Shown here: piece after piece, positions 63,741-64,000 of the stretch
Layout: each line of letters begins with the position of its first letter
Position numbering within the stretch: the stretch's first letter is position 1
Assembly: GCF_026210795.1 (NCBI RefSeq)
Contig: NC_089429.1
Coordinates: 1,116,001-1,180,000 of the forward strand
DNA from: Rhizophagus irregularis
Taxonomy: Eukaryota
Length of the DNA stretch: 64,000 nt
Reading direction: 5' to 3'
Program-made: the position numbers and the translations under genes
The notes under the pieces: model-generated
Databases searched by the model: none
Told to the model about the DNA's origin: nothing
The model's input: the letters and a program-made list of their open reading frames with translations, nothing else

Positions 63741-64000
63741 ATGGCATGCTCAAAAATATTTTCAGGAGATTTACCCGAATTAACAAATGATATTATACAG
63801 TATCTTGAAAAAGATTTTTCAACATTGTATTCATGCATTTTAATTAATAGATTATGGTGTCGTTTAGCCATTCCATTATTATGGGAAAATCCATTTTTAA
63901 AGGAATATCCCGAAAATCAACACTTTATTGAAATTTACTTAAGTAAATTAAATGAAGATGTCAAAACAAAATTATATGAATATGGAGTTAATAATAATTT
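63741..64000 (+). CDS. F-box-like/LRR protein, 5' part (truncated by window edge)
   Basis: MACSKIFSGDLPELTNDIIQYLEKDFSTLYSCILINRLWCRLAIPLLWENPF...YLSKLNEDVKTKLYEYGV. Confidence 0.85.
   Translation, partial: MACSKIFSGDLPELTNDIIQYLEKDFSTLYSCILINRLWCRLAIPLLWENPFLKEYPENQHFIEIYLSKLNEDVKTKLYEYGVNNN

Overview
This is very AT-rich eukaryotic DNA with short GT-AG spliceosomal introns. The gene families present resemble those of an arbuscular mycorrhizal fungus (Glomeromycotina, Rhizophagus-like); this is inferred from family resemblance, not from a search. The window is a birth-and-death gene cluster. It holds eight intronless F-box-like/LRR paralogs (four complete ORFs, two cut by the window edges, two disrupted) plus one small relic, and two multi-exon tyrosine-kinase-like (TKL) kinases. 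A tandem segmental duplication (kinase tail, mitochondrial-type IleRS, cytochrome P450) shows reciprocal decay, and both IleRS copies are pseudogenes. Other genes are a secreted, probably GPI-anchored Cys-rich/extensin-like Pro-repeat protein, an intronless membrane protein with DEG/ENaC-like motifs, a three-finger C2H2 protein and several orphan or degraded genes. Several non-autonomous DNA transposons are present. No rRNA, tRNA or CRISPR array was recognised. The best candidates for new biology are the position-specific hypervariable F-box/LRR array with a conserved upstream peptide-like element, the ENaC-like protein and the extensin-like surface protein. All exon boundaries were read by eye.
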